This document shows, piece by piece, positions 30,301 to 40,060 of a stretch of DNA of 51,920 nucleotides; within the stretch, counting starts at the first letter, position 1; each line of letters begins with the position of its first letter. Made by a program: the position numbers and the translations under genes. Location of the stretch: positions 1 through 51,920 of the IMG/VR virus record IMGVR_UViG_3300042808_000034; one strand, given 5' to 3'. The notes beneath the pieces were generated by a model that searched no databases, had not been told where the DNA came from, and was given only the letters and a program-made list of their open reading frames with translations. This DNA is from a virus (taxonomy: Duplodnaviria; Caudoviricetes).

Positions 30301-30657
30301 TTATAAATTTAAGTCTCTCCCGTAATAACTATTTTTAGCCCACCAATGTTCTTCTACATCTTCCTTAACTTTAACTTCGTCAATAGAATAGTTTTCGTCA
30401 CAATTAGTACAAACAAACTCATAATCAATAACATCTGTTATAAGCAATTTTTTTTCACAATCTCTACAATGAAATCCTGTTTTTAATAAATGTAAGTCTG
30501 TTTCTTCCCATATTTTTTCGTATAAATTTTTAATTATTTCCATTTGTTCATTTAGTATATTTAGATATTCAAAATCGTCAAATTCTACATTTTCTAAAAT
30601 ATCTTGTATGCTCTCGTACATTCTTTTAAATCTTATTAATAACTCTCTATTTCTCAT
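30301..30657 (-). CDS. Zn-ribbon-containing hypothetical protein
   Basis: CRDC..CTNCDE. Confidence 0.6.
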   Translation of the reverse strand: MRNRELLIRFKRMYESIQDILENVEFDDFEYLNILNEQMEIIKNLYEKIWEETDLHLLKTGFHCRDCEKKLLITDVIDYEFVCTNCDENYSIDEVKVKEDVEEHWWAKNSYYGRDLNL

Positions 30658-30658
30658 A

Positions 30659-30925
30659 TTATCTTACCTCCTCTTCTGAAACAAATCCCTCTGTCACACC
30701 ATTTGCACTATCTATGATAAAATAATCTTCTTCAATTTTATAAACTGTGTTTCTAGGCATTATGTTATTTTCTTCTTTTTGAAAATTTAATTCATTTTCA
30801 TAAGTATTTTTTAAAGCATTTCTTGCTTTTTCAATAGTACTGTATACTCCTATTATATCACTAGAGTTACTATCACTATCTTCAAATTCTGTGTATTCAA
30901 TTAATACTACATATACATTGTTCAT
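30659..30925 (-). CDS. hypothetical phage protein
   Basis: VYVV..IIGVYSTIEKA motif. Confidence 0.65.
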   Translation of the reverse strand: MNNVYVVLIEYTEFEDSDSNSSDIIGVYSTIEKARNALKNTYENELNFQKEENNIMPRNTVYKIEEDYFIIDSANGVTEGFVSEEEVR

Positions 30926-30954
30926 ATTAAATCCCTACTTTCTTTTATAACTTT

Positions 30955-30983
30955 ATTATATCATAATTTAATTAAATTGTCAA
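30955..30983 (-). promoter_or_regulatory. sigma-A type promoter
   Basis: TTGACA-17-TATAAT. Confidence 0.8.
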
Positions 30984-30989
30984 GTGTTT

Positions 30990-31313
30990 TTATATTTTTT
31001 CTATTATTTTTATAATATAATCTTTAAAATCTATTAAACAACCTTGATTTAATTCTAAATATTCAGCATATTCCTCAAAGTAATCCTGTATTTGAATATT
31101 GTCTATTACATCGTCAAGTTCGTTAACATCTATATAATTATCTATTTCAGTTTGCATTTTTGTATAGTTATTATATAACGGGTCTATATCTTCTATACCA
31201 AAACTTGAACCGTCTTTAAAATCTATATAATCCTCGTTTAATACTGTTTCAATTTGATTGCTTAAATTATTTCTTAAATATTTCATTATTATTATTTTTT
31301 CGTATTCTTGCAT
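30990..31313 (-). CDS. hypothetical protein
   Basis: GGAGG RBS. Confidence 0.6.
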   Translation of the reverse strand: MQEYEKIIIMKYLRNNLSNQIETVLNEDYIDFKDGSSFGIEDIDPLYNNYTKMQTEIDNYIDVNELDDVIDNIQIQDYFEEYAEYLELNQGCLIDFKDYIIKIIEKI

Positions 31314-31327
31314 TTTTATACCTCCCT

Positions 31328-31346
31328 GACAACCTTTGTTGTCCTT
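31328..31346 (-). promoter_or_regulatory. AAGGACAA-N6-TTGTC operator-like site (copy 3)
   Basis: palindrome immediately upstream of RBS. Confidence 0.55.
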
Positions 31347-31551
31347 ACTATTTTTCTTCTAATATATTTATTATCTCTATTTTATAATATCTTTTACATT
31401 CTTCCAAGTATTCATTTAAGATATTTTTAGAAAAAACCTCTGTTTTATATATTTCGTTATCTAATTTATATATAGCATAAAAACCTTTTTGTTTATTATT
31501 TATTGCTTTTATAAAATCATTCATTTATACCACCTCACTAACTATGTCTTT

Positions 31552-31580
31552 ATTATATCATAGTTTTATATAAAAGTCAA
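31552..31580 (-). promoter_or_regulatory. sigma-A type promoter
   Basis: TTGACT-17-TATAAT. Confidence 0.75.
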
Positions 31581-31750
31581 TACTTTTTATTAAATTTTAT
31601 AATTATTTTGTGCTTTTATTAATAAGTCTGTGTATTCTTTATTTGTTATGTCGTCGTCTAATGCTATTTGCTCAAACAAGTCGTTTAATTCTTCCATACT
31701 TACATTATTATTAATTAGTTCTTGTATTTTATTCTTATAATATTCCATAT

Positions 31751-32110
31751 TTATTCCTCCTCAAAGAAGTAATCTTCTAATCTTTCGCATACATCTGTTA
31801 TTGTTTCAAACTCTTCAAACTCGATGCCTCCTAAATTACCACCTTGCAAATTTTCAAGTGATAAAGTGCCATTCTTGTTTATTAACACATCAAAATTACA
31901 TTGATATATCATTTTTAACAAGTAATCTATATCTTCTTCTTGCTCTGTTTTTTCATTATTTTCTAAATAGTTATATAAATCAATTATATTTTCTTTGTTA
32001 TAATACTCTAATTGTATGTTTGCACAATCATTACAACAATAAATATGAGTATTATTTACTTTTTTATATATCATATTTCCTTCGCATATATTGCATTTTA
32101 ATTTTACCAT
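31751..32110 (-). CDS. Zn-ribbon-containing hypothetical protein
   Basis: CNIC..CNDC; start MVKLKC after GAGG. Confidence 0.6.
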   Translation of the reverse strand: MVKLKCNICEGNMIYKKVNNTHIYCCNDCANIQLEYYNKENIIDLYNYLENNEKTEQEEDIDYLLKMIYQCNFDVLINKNGTLSLENLQGGNLGGIEFEEFETITDVCERLEDYFFEEE

Positions 32111-32129
32111 AATTATTACCTCTTCCCAA

Positions 32130-32148
32130 GACAAGTTGTCTTGTCCTT
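32130..32148 (-). promoter_or_regulatory. AAGGACAA-N6-TTGTC operator-like site (copy 4)
   Basis: palindrome between -10 box and RBS. Confidence 0.6.
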
Positions 32149-32159
32149 ACTATAACCAT

Positions 32160-32188
32160 ATTATATCATACTTTATTGACTTTGTCAA
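32160..32188 (-). promoter_or_regulatory. sigma-A type promoter
   Basis: TTGACA-17-TATAAT. Confidence 0.8.
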
Positions 32189-32817
32189 GTGTTTTTATTA
32201 ATAAATTGTTAATGTTCCAAAATATGTTGTTATACAGTACATAAATATTAATATTGATATTATAAGTATGCTATATATTATTATTTCATAGTTTTGTTTT
32301 ATAAATTTCATGTTTCTAATTCCCCTTATTTTATTATTTTATCTTTCCCTTTTAAATAATATATTTCATTATTTATTATTACGTATTCGTCTCCTATTAA
32401 ATCTTTAAATATTTTTAATCCATTACAACCATTTACACTTAATACATAACTAATCTTTTTAACTACTATATAATAATGATAATAATATTTAGAATTTTTT
32501 TTATCATATTTTGCTCTTTCTCTTCTTATTTTTCTATGCTTATTCATATTTAATCCTCCTATTTCAAAAGTGAATGTTGATATTCTATATAATCTACTAA
32601 ATTATAGAATATGCTATCGCATTCATTAAAGCCTTGGTCGTTTAATATGTCTTTTATTTCGTTATTATCGTGTGTGTCTAGTATCTCCTCAGCTAAGTAT
32701 GAACTGAATTCTGATAATGTTTTATTGCTTGTTTGTATATAGTATTTTAAGTCACTTATAATTATTTTATCTAGTTTGTCCATTTTACTTATTCCTCCCC
32801 TTTATTATAATTATTTT

Positions 32818-33156
32818 TTAAAATAAATTTAAAACATTTCCATTTTCATTTTTATATTTTGCGAAAATTATATTTTCCATTTTAGAATTATAATCTATTT
32901 GTTCGCTAAACCCATTATTGATATCTTCAAACTCCTCGTTTGTTATATTTTCAATGTTAATAACACCATAAGTATTATTAGTACCATATTTTATATAATC
33001 TTCTACATAATCTAAAGCCTCTTTTTTTGTTTTACATATTCCACAATTTTCTTCAAAATAAGCGTGTTTTTTATCGAATGCTTGACTATAAACATCATAT
33101 TCTTCGTTATCTTTATTTAGAAATATACCAACTTCAAATCTATATGCTTTTTTCAT
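32818..33156 (-). CDS. hypothetical protein
   Basis: GGGGAG RBS. Confidence 0.6.
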   Translation of the reverse strand: MKKAYRFEVGIFLNKDNEEYDVYSQAFDKKHAYFEENCGICKTKKEALDYVEDYIKYGTNNTYGVINIENITNEEFEDINNGFSEQIDYNSKMENIIFAKYKNENGNVLNLF

Positions 33157-33253
33157 TATTAACTCCCCCTATTATCAACTTTTTTCTATTATGTTTGAAT
33201 TTCAAATCTCAATTCATAATATTACTTTTATTTTCACTAACTTTTGTGTTTAC

Positions 33254-33282
33254 ATTATATCACACTTTTTAGCAATTGTCAA
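33254..33282 (-). promoter_or_regulatory. sigma-A type promoter
   Basis: TTGACA-17-TATAAT. Confidence 0.8.
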
Positions 33283-33314
33283 TACCTTTTTATATTATTA
33301 TTTATATGATTGTT

Positions 33315-33665
33315 TTATTTAATTTTAAAATAGTAAAATAATTCGTCGTAAACTACTATATCTGTTGCTATATATTTATAATTTCCCATTAGGCTATCTA
33401 ATAACATTATTATATCATTGCTTTTATGATTATCTTTAAACTTTAATTCACATAATAATTCAATCATTTCTTCTAGTACGTTTATGTTGCTTTCTAAATA
33501 TTCTTCATGTTCATTTGAAATTATTAACTCTTTTAATTCTTGTATTTCATTATCTAAATATTTTATTACGTTTTCTTTTGTCCCCATTACAGTGTTTTCT
33601 TCTATTAAAACATTTTCGTTTATTATGTTTATTTTATTAAACATCTCTCTTATTTCTTCTCTCAT
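33315..33665 (-). CDS. hypothetical protein
   Basis: start MREEIRE after GAGG RBS. Confidence 0.6.
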   Translation of the reverse strand: MREEIREMFNKINIINENVLIEENTVMGTKENVIKYLDNEIQELKELIISNEHEEYLESNINVLEEMIELLCELKFKDNHKSNDIIMLLDSLMGNYKYIATDIVVYDELFYYFKIK

Positions 33666-33694
33666 TTTAAAACCCTCTTTCTTTCCTATATTTA

Positions 33695-33713
33695 GACAAG
33701 TTTTATTGTCCTT
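33695..33713 (-). promoter_or_regulatory. AAGGACAA-N6-TTGTC operator-like site (copy 5)
   Basis: palindrome between -10 box and RBS. Confidence 0.6.
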
Positions 33714-33728
33714 GTCTTGTATGAACAC

Positions 33729-33757
33729 ATTATATCATAGATTTACACCTTTGTCAA
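33729..33757 (-). promoter_or_regulatory. sigma-A type promoter
   Basis: TTGACA-17-TATAAT. Confidence 0.8.
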
Positions 33758-35560
33758 GTAAAAATGTGTATTTTATTAAAGTTTTTTATATTTTGTTTAT
33801 TGTATGTCTTCTAATCCAGTTATACCAAGTATTACAAGGTTTATTGCTTTTGCAATGTAATTGTATTATTTGTTACTTTTTAATTAGTTTGGTTAATAAA
33901 TAAGTTTTGAGTTTTTAAAAAGTCCCACGTGATATTTTTAATCCCAGTTACCCCGACATCTTCCCTTTTACCCTCTTTTTTAATGTGAATATTTGTTCGT
34001 TATGAACAATTGTTTTGTTATTATGTAAACAATATTATGTAAACCGTTTACGTGGATTTTATATACTTTATTATGTAAACTAGGTTATATTATATATCTT
34101 TTTTATGGTATATGATACCATATTATGGTATGTTTTATTTATGCTATAATACCATTTTAAAACACTTTTATTTATACATTATATAAATATACTATTTTAT
34201 TATATAATTGCTTTATTTATGCTTTTTTGTGTCTGTAAATGTATTCCTAGAATTGATTTTAAGGTATTTTTATTTTATCATAATGTAATTACATACTTTG
34301 TATTTTAAGTGTCTTAAAAGTGCTATTCTATGCTTTACAGTATATATGTATTTGAAGTGTATTTTATGTTATAACCGACTTTTATATGTTATATATGTTA
34401 TCATATACCTTTATAATAAAAGTAGTTATATGATACCTTTTACTATAAATACACTCATATTTTAATATATGATTTATACTAAAATATCAATATACTTTTT
34501 GTGGATGCAAAAAAAACAACCTAAAACGTTTTACCATTTTAAGTCGCTTTTGACTTTTTTATATGTATTGCATTTAATACATATTGTATTATATTATACT
34601 TGTTTTATTTTATAACTTCCGTTTTTAAAAAATCTAAAATTATAGTTAAATCTTTTGTATTTATTCCTAAAACATTGCTAGTAAAAAAATCTTTTGTTTG
34701 ATTGTACTCGCCCAAGTTATATAAATCTTTGTTTTTAAATTCTATTATATAACTATTGCTATATTTACTATATGTTTTATATGCTATTATACCATTTTTT
34801 AATATTTTTTTATCTATCATTTTTTTATACCTCACTTACAAATTTTTTTATTTTTTGAATATAAATTTGATAACCGTCTTTGCATTCTGTTATTATAATC
34901 TTATTATGTTTGTCTAATTGCTTTAAAACTTCTTTTTTTTGTACTTCTAGATAGTTTAATATTTCGTTATAATCCATTTTTTTAACCTCTTTTCTGTGCC
35001 GTTCGCACGTGCTTTTTAAAGTAGCATAACTTTTAATATTCTATAACATTATTTTCAACTTTTTTACTTATTTTAACTAATGTTTTTACTTTTTGTAAAA
35101 ATGTATATACATTAAAATTTTCTATTATTGTTTTTTCTGTGTCTATATCTTTAAGCATATATAAACTTTTTGTGTTATTGCTACTTATATATATACTATA
35201 TTTTTTATTTATATTAATTGTTTTCATAATTTTCAACCTCACTTCCTTCAGTATTTTTTATATAATCTTTGTAGTAGTTTTCTATTGCATTAATATCAAA
35301 GTATTCTAGATTATCCATTTTTTATCACCTCTTTTTTTCTTTTGTTTGTTTTAGTAAATTAAAATTCAAAAAAGAATTTAATTTTATTATTCTTATTAAT
35401 TTTATAACTTGCTTTTTTATAATCTTTACAAATTAGTATTTTAATTAATACGAACGTGTTTACAACTTTTAATATGTTTGTTTTTAATATATCAAATATA
35501 ATATACATTATTTGTATTAATTTTATCATTTTATACACCTCTTTTCTTTATTATAACTTT

Positions 35561-35589
35561 ATTATACACTATATTTTATATAAAGTCAA
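35561..35589 (-). promoter_or_regulatory. sigma-A type promoter
   Basis: TTGACT-17-TATAAT. Confidence 0.7.
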
Positions 35590-35819
35590 CTACATTTTAA
35601 TTACATTTGTGTTACATTTATATTACAATATTATGTAGTCTATTATTTTATTATTATAACATAATGTTATTATTTGTTTTTCTGTATATCTCTTTATGTA
35701 GATTAGTTTTAATTTATTAATTAATTTCATTTGTTTTAAATACCTCTTTTCTTATTATTTATTATGATACTATTATATATCAAAACATTATAAATTACAA
35801 TACTTTTTTAAAAGTTTTT

Positions 35820-37300
35820 TACTAATTTGCGACTTATGTTATCTATATGCTATACAACTATTGCAAGAGTAAAGAAAAAACTTTTTGTATATTTTATATG
35901 TTTATGATACTATTGTATTATATTATACCATGTTATTATGCTTTATTATTATGTAATGTATATATGTTATAACGTAGTTATATCAACAAACTATATATGT
36001 ATTATGTTAACTATATGCTTTGTATATTTAGAACAGTTGTTTGGTTATTATGTTAAGTATACATGGTTGAATGCTTACAGTCTGTAAGGACTTTGATATG
36101 AGCGTTTTTATTACACGGTTGAGTGTTTATATAGGTTATATGGTACAATGGTTATATGGTACGTTTACGGGCTTGTACGTTGATTGTAGTATTATGTTAA
36201 GTTGTTTGTGTTACTTTGATATACATATTGTATATATTATGTATATGTATGTAGTGTTAACATGTAATGTTATATTGTTTATGTTATTATCACGTTGTTA
36301 TTAATAGGCTGTTATATACTATATGTTATTATCTTATTGTATGTATGATTAATTGATTAGTATGTATAATATAGTTATATGTTGCTGTATGTTGTGATAT
36401 GTATATGTAGTATAGTATTAATATGTATTGTGATGTTGTACAATATAATTGTATGTGTTGATTAGTATGCTATGTGTGTTTGTGTGTATGTACACGCTAT
36501 ATGTGTTGTATATGATGTGATGTGTGATGTAATGATTGTATGTTATATATATGTATAGTGTTATGATGTGTTATTATTGTTTGTATATGATGTTACAATG
36601 TAATTGTATCATTGTATGTGATGTGCTGGTTGACTGGTTGACTGGTGGTATCATGTAATGATATAGGTTGTATTAGTATATCAATTTTATATGCTGTAAT
36701 ACTTACAACAAAAAAATACAGTTACCTTGCTTTATTATAATATTTTAAAGTAAATTTCCTTTACTGTAAAGCTTTTTTACTTTACACTTATGCAATCCAC
36801 AGAATATACATATCAAACATAACATCTAATCATAATACTAATATGTATTAGTATATCAATTTACATAAACAATTGTTTATTTAAAGGGGGTATTATATCA
36901 ACTTTTATAACATAAAAACTAGAGCCAGACCCCCTAGCACTCACACACGCAGAGCGTGGCTCTACCCACTACACACCACACTACCCTATCTCCCTACACC
37001 AAACTCCATATACACCTACTCTCCCAACACATCCACTAATACACCAGTATACCTAGAGTGAACTCCAACCTAACACCACCATATCACCCAACACACGTAC
37101 AACACTACTCCCGCAACGATTACATAGAACAAACACACCGAGTGTGAATAACAACACACATAACCAAACAACACATAACCTTACTCTCTCTAAGCAAACA
37201 CCCTAATCAACACGTATTAACACGTATAAAATCGAACTAGAATACCAAACTAGTATGATATAGGAGGGGGGTATGTATAAAAACTTTAACAAATAATAAC
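35820..37300. other. non-coding divergence region with TG-rich then CA-rich low-complexity tracts
   Basis: no credible ORF; gene orientation flips across it. Confidence 0.7.
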
Positions 37301-37307
37301 AAAGTAC

Positions 37308-37336
37308 TTGACATTTGGAGTATAATATGTTATAAT
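37308..37336 (+). promoter_or_regulatory. sigma-A type promoter
   Basis: TTGACA-17-TATAAT. Confidence 0.8.
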
Positions 37337-37543
37337 AGTATATATAGGAAAGAGAGGGATTAAATAATGGAACTGATTAAAAATGTAAAAGAGTTAAAAG
37401 AATTTTTAAAGAACATACCAGATGATTATGAAATAAGAGTTGCAGATAATGAATATATGTGTGTTACTCCTGCAAGGATTTGGATATCTAATAATACAAT
37501 ACTATTTGATACGGAGGTATAGGAATGAGGGTAGGGAATAATA

Positions 37544-37964
37544 ATGGAAATTAAATTTAGAGGAATAGATATTATAACTAACGAATGGGCATATGGATAT
37601 TATTTTAAATGTCAAGGCAAATGTTTTATAAAAGATTATATAGTTTTAGCAACAGAATTTAATTTAGGAGTAGTAAAAGAGTTTGAAGTAATACCTGAGA
37701 CAGTACGGACAGTATATAGGATTAAAAGATAAAAACGAGACAGAGATATATGTGGGTGATATAATTCAGATATATAGTATATTTGATAATAGAAAATTAT
37801 ATATAGGATATGTAATATATTGTAACGATGCTAGTTTTAAAGTTTACATTGGAGATATTTTGAAACCCATAACGAGCTATATTGATATTGATAATAATAA
37901 TTATGAATTTGAAGTAATTGGAAATGTATGGGATAACCCAGAGTTAATTAAGGAGTGTGAATAA
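37544..37964 (+). CDS. YopX-family phage protein; joined across CGGA at 37706-37709
   Basis: EIKFRG..W.YG, restored PETV-G-QYIGLKDKN..EIYVGDII, EVIGNVWDNPEL. Confidence 0.92.
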
Positions 37965-37966
37965 TA

Positions 37967-38194
37967 ATGAATATAATAATAATATTAGGAGCAATTTGTT
38001 TTATAGTAGGAAACTTTATAAAATATTATATTAAAGGGTCTTTAACACAACTAGATAAAACTAGATATAGTATAACTAATAAATTACCAAAGACACAGGA
38101 AAGACTAGGTAATATAATGGTTGTGACATATTTAATTATGTGGGTATGTATAATATTAGTTGTAGTTAATTTTCTAATCAAGTTGTTTAATTAA
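37967..38194 (+). CDS. small membrane protein
   Basis: two hydrophobic segments. Confidence 0.6.
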   Translation: MNIIIILGAICFIVGNFIKYYIKGSLTQLDKTRYSITNKLPKTQERLGNIMVVTYLIMWVCIILVVVNFLIKLFN

Positions 38195-38221
38195 GGAAGA
38201 TAGTAGTATTTAAAATAACAC

Positions 38222-38250
38222 TTGACAAAAGAGAAATTATGTGTTATAAT
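38222..38250 (+). promoter_or_regulatory. sigma-A type promoter
   Basis: TTGACA-17-TATAAT. Confidence 0.8.
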
Positions 38251-38270
38251 AAAGATAAGGAGGTAATAAT

Positions 38271-38531
38271 ATGTTTATAAAATTAACAAATAAATATTTA
38301 AAAGATGAATATGATGGGTATTATGAACATTGCAATACATATCATATAAAAGAAGAAGATTTAATAAGATTTAGTTCTGAGAGAGGAAGAGATATTGAAA
38401 GTAATTTTTCAGATAGATATAAACAAAACTACTATGTTTACTTTAATGAAAAGGGAACTACAAGAAAGATACAAATAGATTGGGAATCTTATTTAAAATT
38501 AAAAGATGTATTGGATATAAAGGAGGAATAG
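38271..38531 (+). CDS. hypothetical protein
   Basis: AAGGAGG RBS. Confidence 0.6.
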   Translation: MFIKLTNKYLKDEYDGYYEHCNTYHIKEEDLIRFSSERGRDIESNFSDRYKQNYYVYFNEKGTTRKIQIDWESYLKLKDVLDIKEE

Positions 38532-38534
38532 AAT

Positions 38535-38855
38535 ATGGAACAAGCGATTGATTGGAAAAGACATAAAGCAGAACAACTTTTAGAACACATAAATAGAGAA
38601 GAATTAATAGATTATATAATTGAATTAGAGGATAGTCGTCTAAAACTAGAACGTGTAGAAACTCGATTAAAGACTGATTATCAAGAAATAATTAAAGCTA
38701 TGGATACAATAACAAATGAAGAAAGTATACCAGATAAAGAAGTTGGAAAAATGTTTTGTGGGTATATAATGAGATATGTGAATATAATAAAGGAGGTTGA
38801 GCAACATGATACAAATAAGAGACATACCAGATGGTTCAATAGTATGGAAGGGTAA
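38535..38855 (+). CDS. hypothetical protein
   Basis: AGGAGG RBS. Confidence 0.6.
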   Translation: MEQAIDWKRHKAEQLLEHINREELIDYIIELEDSRLKLERVETRLKTDYQEIIKAMDTITNEESIPDKEVGKMFCGYIMRYVNIIKEVEQHDTNKRHTRWFNSMEG

Positions 38856-39349
38856 TGGTATATTAGGGGTTAAGGAATTTACATTAAATACTAAATACTA
38901 TAATAACTATTGTACAAAGATAAGAGGTAATAATAAAGATTATGAATTAGTAAAGGAGGATTAATATTATGAGATATGCAATAGAAATAATGGAATCATA
39001 CTATGCAATAGATGAATATACATCTGATGATATAGGAGAGGTATTAAAATGGTATAGGAAAAACTATAAAGAGGACTGTGATAATGGATTTGTAAAATTT
39101 GATTTATATAAAGATGATAATTACTTAACATTTGAAGAATGTTATTTATTAGGTTTTTATGAAGAAGAGGGAGAGCAATAACATGGATATATTAAAAGAT
39201 GAATTAAAGTCATATAAAGATAAAGTGCAATCAATTAAAACAATTGGTGAGTTTAAACAATTAGGCAGAGAATTAAGAGACGAGTTTAATTTAACAGATA
39301 TAGAAGCTATACAAATTTTAAATCAATTAAGAAATTGGGAGGAATAATA

Positions 39350-39727
39350 ATGAAAAATGAATTAATTTATAAATTTGATAAAGAGTTTATAGAGAAAGAA
39401 TTAAGTGCAGATACAAATTATAATGATGATTCTATTTGGTATATTGTTATCAATAACAAAGAAGAATATAATAAAGTAATAAAAGCTTGTATTAATTTAT
39501 ACCCAGATGTTAAGTTTAAACAAAGGAATACTAAGGGTGAAGTAGAATTATTTAGCGAAGAAGCATATGTTGAATTAAATGAAATTCTTTTTGATTTTAA
39601 GGTTTTACTTAATAATAGTAAAGCAGGTTTAGGAATACGTTTAGAAAAAGGAATAATAACTATAGGAATAGCTGGTGAAGACTTAGCTAACAAGATAATA
39701 AATATAGGAAATTTAATATTTGAATAA
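39350..39727 (+). CDS. hypothetical protein
   Basis: GGAGG RBS before MKNELIY. Confidence 0.6.
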   Translation: MKNELIYKFDKEFIEKELSADTNYNDDSIWYIVINNKEEYNKVIKACINLYPDVKFKQRNTKGEVELFSEEAYVELNEILFDFKVLLNNSKAGLGIRLEKGIITIGIAGEDLANKIINIGNLIFE

Positions 39728-39742
39728 AGGAGGAATAATGAT

Positions 39743-40048
39743 ATGAATGATTTAGATAAACCGCATTACGTATACGTATGTTGCGTATTGTACCAAGGTA
39801 AAATATGGAAATGGAATGTAGGACTACATAAAAGAGATGTAGGTTCAGAAACAATGTATTATCCAAAAGGATTTGATTTTGCAGATAATGATAGATTTCA
39901 TAGAGAGTTTGCTGAATTAATATTCCCTATATGGGCAGAGAATGATATTGAGCATGGTGAGGTATTTGGCGATAATGGTAAAGCAAAAGATATATATAGA
40001 ATGTATGAAATACATGAAGATTATTGCAATGGCAGTAAGCCATATTAG
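39743..40048 (+). CDS. hypothetical protein
   Basis: AAGGAGG RBS. Confidence 0.6.
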   Translation: MNDLDKPHYVYVCCVLYQGKIWKWNVGLHKRDVGSETMYYPKGFDFADNDRFHREFAELIFPIWAENDIEHGEVFGDNGKAKDIYRMYEIHEDYCNGSKPY

Positions 40049-40060
40049 GAGGAGTAAGAA

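Noticed and set aside
2541-35638. + strand ORFs in the left arm (e.g. 2541, 4010, 10863, 16063, 24908, 33484) and - strand ORFs in the right arm
   Set aside because: Antisense shadows of real genes; F/L/I/S-rich with no RBS.
36071-36304. 77-aa ORF in the TG-rich tract
   Set aside because: Low-complexity translation, no RBS.
2243-37709. Frame breaks as sequencing errors or ordinary pseudogenes
   Set aside because: All 11 are the same codon-aligned event on both strands, mostly outside homopolymers, with no other lesions in those genes. This explanation is disfavoured but cannot be formally excluded without reads.
39050-39535. AGGA as a second shift signal
   Set aside because: In-frame AGG-A occurs here and in the integrase (GCA AGG AAT) with frames continuing normally.
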